Below, piece by piece: positions 7,201 to 8,888 of a stretch of DNA of 8,888 nt; positions within the stretch are counted from its first letter, which is position 1; every line of letters starts with the position of its first letter. Below the pieces are notes generated by a model. The model was not told the DNA's origin. It worked only from the letters and a program-made list of their open reading frames with translations, and did not search any database. Source of the stretch: a virus (lineage: Duplodnaviria > Heunggongvirae > Uroviricota > Caudoviricetes); the IMG/VR virus record IMGVR_UViG_2526164617_000010; one strand, 5' to 3'. Both the position numbers and the translations under genes were made by a program.

Positions 7201-8106
7201 TGGATAGCGCACGCGCCCTTATTGCCCGGGGATGGGGAGTAAGCTTAGTCAGCCGTTGTCTCCGGGTGTCGCGTGCGCAGTTGCACGTCATTCTCAGACG
7301 AACCGATGACTGGATGGATGGCCGCCGCAGTCGTCACACTGATGATACGGATGTGCTTCTCCGTATACACCATGTTATCGGAGAGCTGCCCACGTATGGT
7401 TATCGTCGGGTATGGGCGCTGCTTCGCAGACAGGCAGAACTTGATGGTATGCCTGCGATCAATGCCAAACGTGTTTACCGGATCATGCGCCAGAATGCGC
7501 TGTTGCTTGAGCGAAAACCTGCTGTACCGCCATCGAAACGGGCACATACAGGCAGAGTGGCCGTGAAAGAAAGCAATCAGCGATGGTGCTCTGACGGGTT
7601 CGAGTTCTGCTGTGATAACGGAGAGAGACTGCGTGTCACGTTCGCGCTGGACTGCTGTGATCGTGAGGCACTGCACTGGGCGGTGACTACCGGCGGCTTC
7701 AACAGTGAAACAGTACAGGACGTCATGCTGGGAGCGGTGGAACGCCGCTTCGGCAACGATCTTCCGTCGTCTCCAGTGGAGTGGCTGACGGATAATGGTT
7801 CATGCTACCGGGCTAATGAAACACGCCAGTTCGCCCGGATGTTGGGACTTGAACCGAAGAACACGGCGGTGCGGAGTCCGGAGAGTAACGGAATAGCAGA
7901 GAGCTTCGTGAAAACGATAAAGCGTGACTACATCAGTATCATGCCCAAACCAGACGGGTTTAACGGCAGCAAAGAACCTTGCAGAGGCGTTCGAGCATTA
8001 TAACGAATGGCATCCGCATAGTGCGCTGGGTTATCGCTCGCCACGGGAATATCTGCGGCAGCGGGCTTGTAATGGGTTAAGTGATAACAGATGTCTGGAA
8101 ATATAG
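7200..8106 (+). pseudogene. insD: IS2 insD (DDE transposase) carrying a 1-bp insertion frameshift
   Basis: Track ORFs 7200-8003 and 7924-8106 together cover InsD but in two frames. The span is 907 nt instead of 906, and GGGTTTAACGG at 7956-7966 has one more T than the sequence needed to encode ...[15 protein letters not shown]... in one frame. Confidence 0.8.
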
Positions 8107-8117
8107 GGGCAAATCCA

Positions 8118-8122
8118 GTCCG
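8118..8122. repeat. IS2 target-site duplication, right copy (GTCCG)
   Basis: Identical to 4790-4794. Confidence 0.85.
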
Positions 8123-8222
8123 TTATAAAAACGCCGGTAAATCGTTCCCAGAGAACCGTGAGGTAGCCTGAGTTTAACGGACACTCCTTCCTGAAATAGA
8201 ATGGCATCAGAAGGAGCTAATA

Positions 8223-8558
8223 ATGAGCAGAAAAACCCAACGTTACTCTAAAGAGTTCAAAGCCGAAGCTGTCAGAACGGTTCCTGAAAATCAACTTTCG
8301 ATCAGTGAAGGCGCTTCCCGATTATCTCTTCCTGAAGGCACTTTAGGACAATGGGTTACCGCCGCCAGAAAAGGGCTCGGTACTCCTGGTTCCCGCACGG
8401 TGGCTGAACTGGAATCTGAAATTCTGCAACTGCGTAAGGCGTTAAATGAAGCTCGCCTTGAGCGAGATAATATTAAAAAAAGCAACAGCGTATTTTGCAC
8501 AGGAGTCGCTGAAAAATACGCGTTAATCGAACAATGGGCGACAACAATTTCCCATTGA
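8223..8558 (+). CDS. IS600-like transposase OrfA (HTH N-terminus intact; C-terminus appears frame-shifted in this copy)
   Basis: MSRKTQRYSKEFKAEAVRTV...ELESEILQLRKALNEARLERD, then an atypical tail NIKKSNSV...TTISH. The conserved IS3-family ending ILKKATAYFAQESLKNTR is encoded one frame over from 8470. An A7G slippery run lies at 8475-8482. Confidence 0.7.
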   Translation: MSRKTQRYSKEFKAEAVRTVPENQLSISEGASRLSLPEGTLGQWVTAARKGLGTPGSRTVAELESEILQLRKALNEARLERDNIKKSNSVFCTGVAEKYALIEQWATTISH

Positions 8559-8562
8559 AGCG

Positions 8563-8888
8563 ATGTGTCAGGTATTTGGTGTATCCAGGAGCGGTTATTA
8601 CAACTGGGTACAGCATGAACCCTCAGACAGAAAACAAAGTGATGAGTGGCTAAAACTGGAGATTAAGGTGGCACATATCCGCACTCGCGAAACATATGGA
8701 ACCCGGCGGCTCCAGACGGAGCTGGCAGAGAATGGCATCATTGTTGGTCGTGACCGACTGGCACGTCTTCGTAAGGAGCTAAGGCTACGCTGTAAGCAGA
8801 AACGCAAGTTCAGAGCGACTACGAACTCGAACCACAATCTGCCAGTTGCGCCAAATCTGCTGAACCAGACGTTCGCTCCTACAGCACC
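8563..8888 (+). CDS. IS600-like transposase OrfB, N-terminal part (3' end outside the window)
   Basis: Hand translation from the ATG at 8563: MCQVFGVSRSGYYNWVQHEPSDRKQSDEWLKLEIKVAHIRTRETYGTRRLQTELAENGIIVGRDRLARLRKELRLRCKQKRKFRATTNSNHNLPVAPNLLNQTFAPTA. This is a typical IS3-family OrfB N-terminus. It is missing from the ORF track only because it runs off the window end. Confidence 0.75.
   Translation, partial: MCQVFGVSRSGYYNWVQHEPSDRKQSDEWLKLEIKVAHIRTRETYGTRRLQTELAENGIIVGRDRLARLRKELRLRCKQKRKFRATTNSNHNLPVAPNLLNQTFAPTA

Larger units (their letters stand above)
8159..8888 (+). mobile_element. Second IS3-family IS600-like copy, 5' portion (right end outside the window), same orientation as the copy at 1-1202
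   Basis: Left terminus TGAGGTAGCCTGAGTTTAACGGACAC... starts at 8159. orfA and the start of orfB follow. The orfB sequence here is the N-terminal complement of the orfB fragment at the window start. Confidence 0.8.

Noticed and set aside
8291-8837. Track ORFs 8291-8500 (-) and 8598-8837 (-)
   Set aside because: Antisense to the IS600-like orfA and orfB.

Overview
This window is an insertion-sequence-dense mosaic of the kind found in Escherichia/Shigella accessory DNA, wrapped around a short lambdoid-prophage late-regulatory remnant. All calls are from reading the sequence and the ORF track; no database search was run, and IS and protein family names are my recognition only. Left edge (1-1202): the 3' part of an IS3-family, IS600-like element whose orfB is split by a complete IS1 (288-1055, 9-bp duplication GGGAATACA). 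Right edge (8159-end): the 5' part of a second IS600-like copy in the same orientation. Between them, on the minus strand: an 85-codon hypothetical gene, rusA, a Q-type antiterminator, a candidate pR'/tR' pair, tRNA-Ile2-like (CAU), tRNA-Arg (UCU), an unrecognised 117-codon ORF, about 450 bp of ORF-free structured DNA, an AT-rich island with one plus-strand ORF, and a small ORF whose 3' end runs into the IS600-like terminus. An IS2 (4795-8117, 5-bp duplication GTCCG) lies upstream of the prophage genes and is itself interrupted by an IS21-family element (istA/istB). No CRISPR array, rRNA, lysis or structural phage genes are present. If anything here is new, it is in the 1.2-2.8 kb cargo region, where the Shiga-toxin-equivalent slot holds ORFs I cannot assign; I could not identify a defined novel system with confidence.
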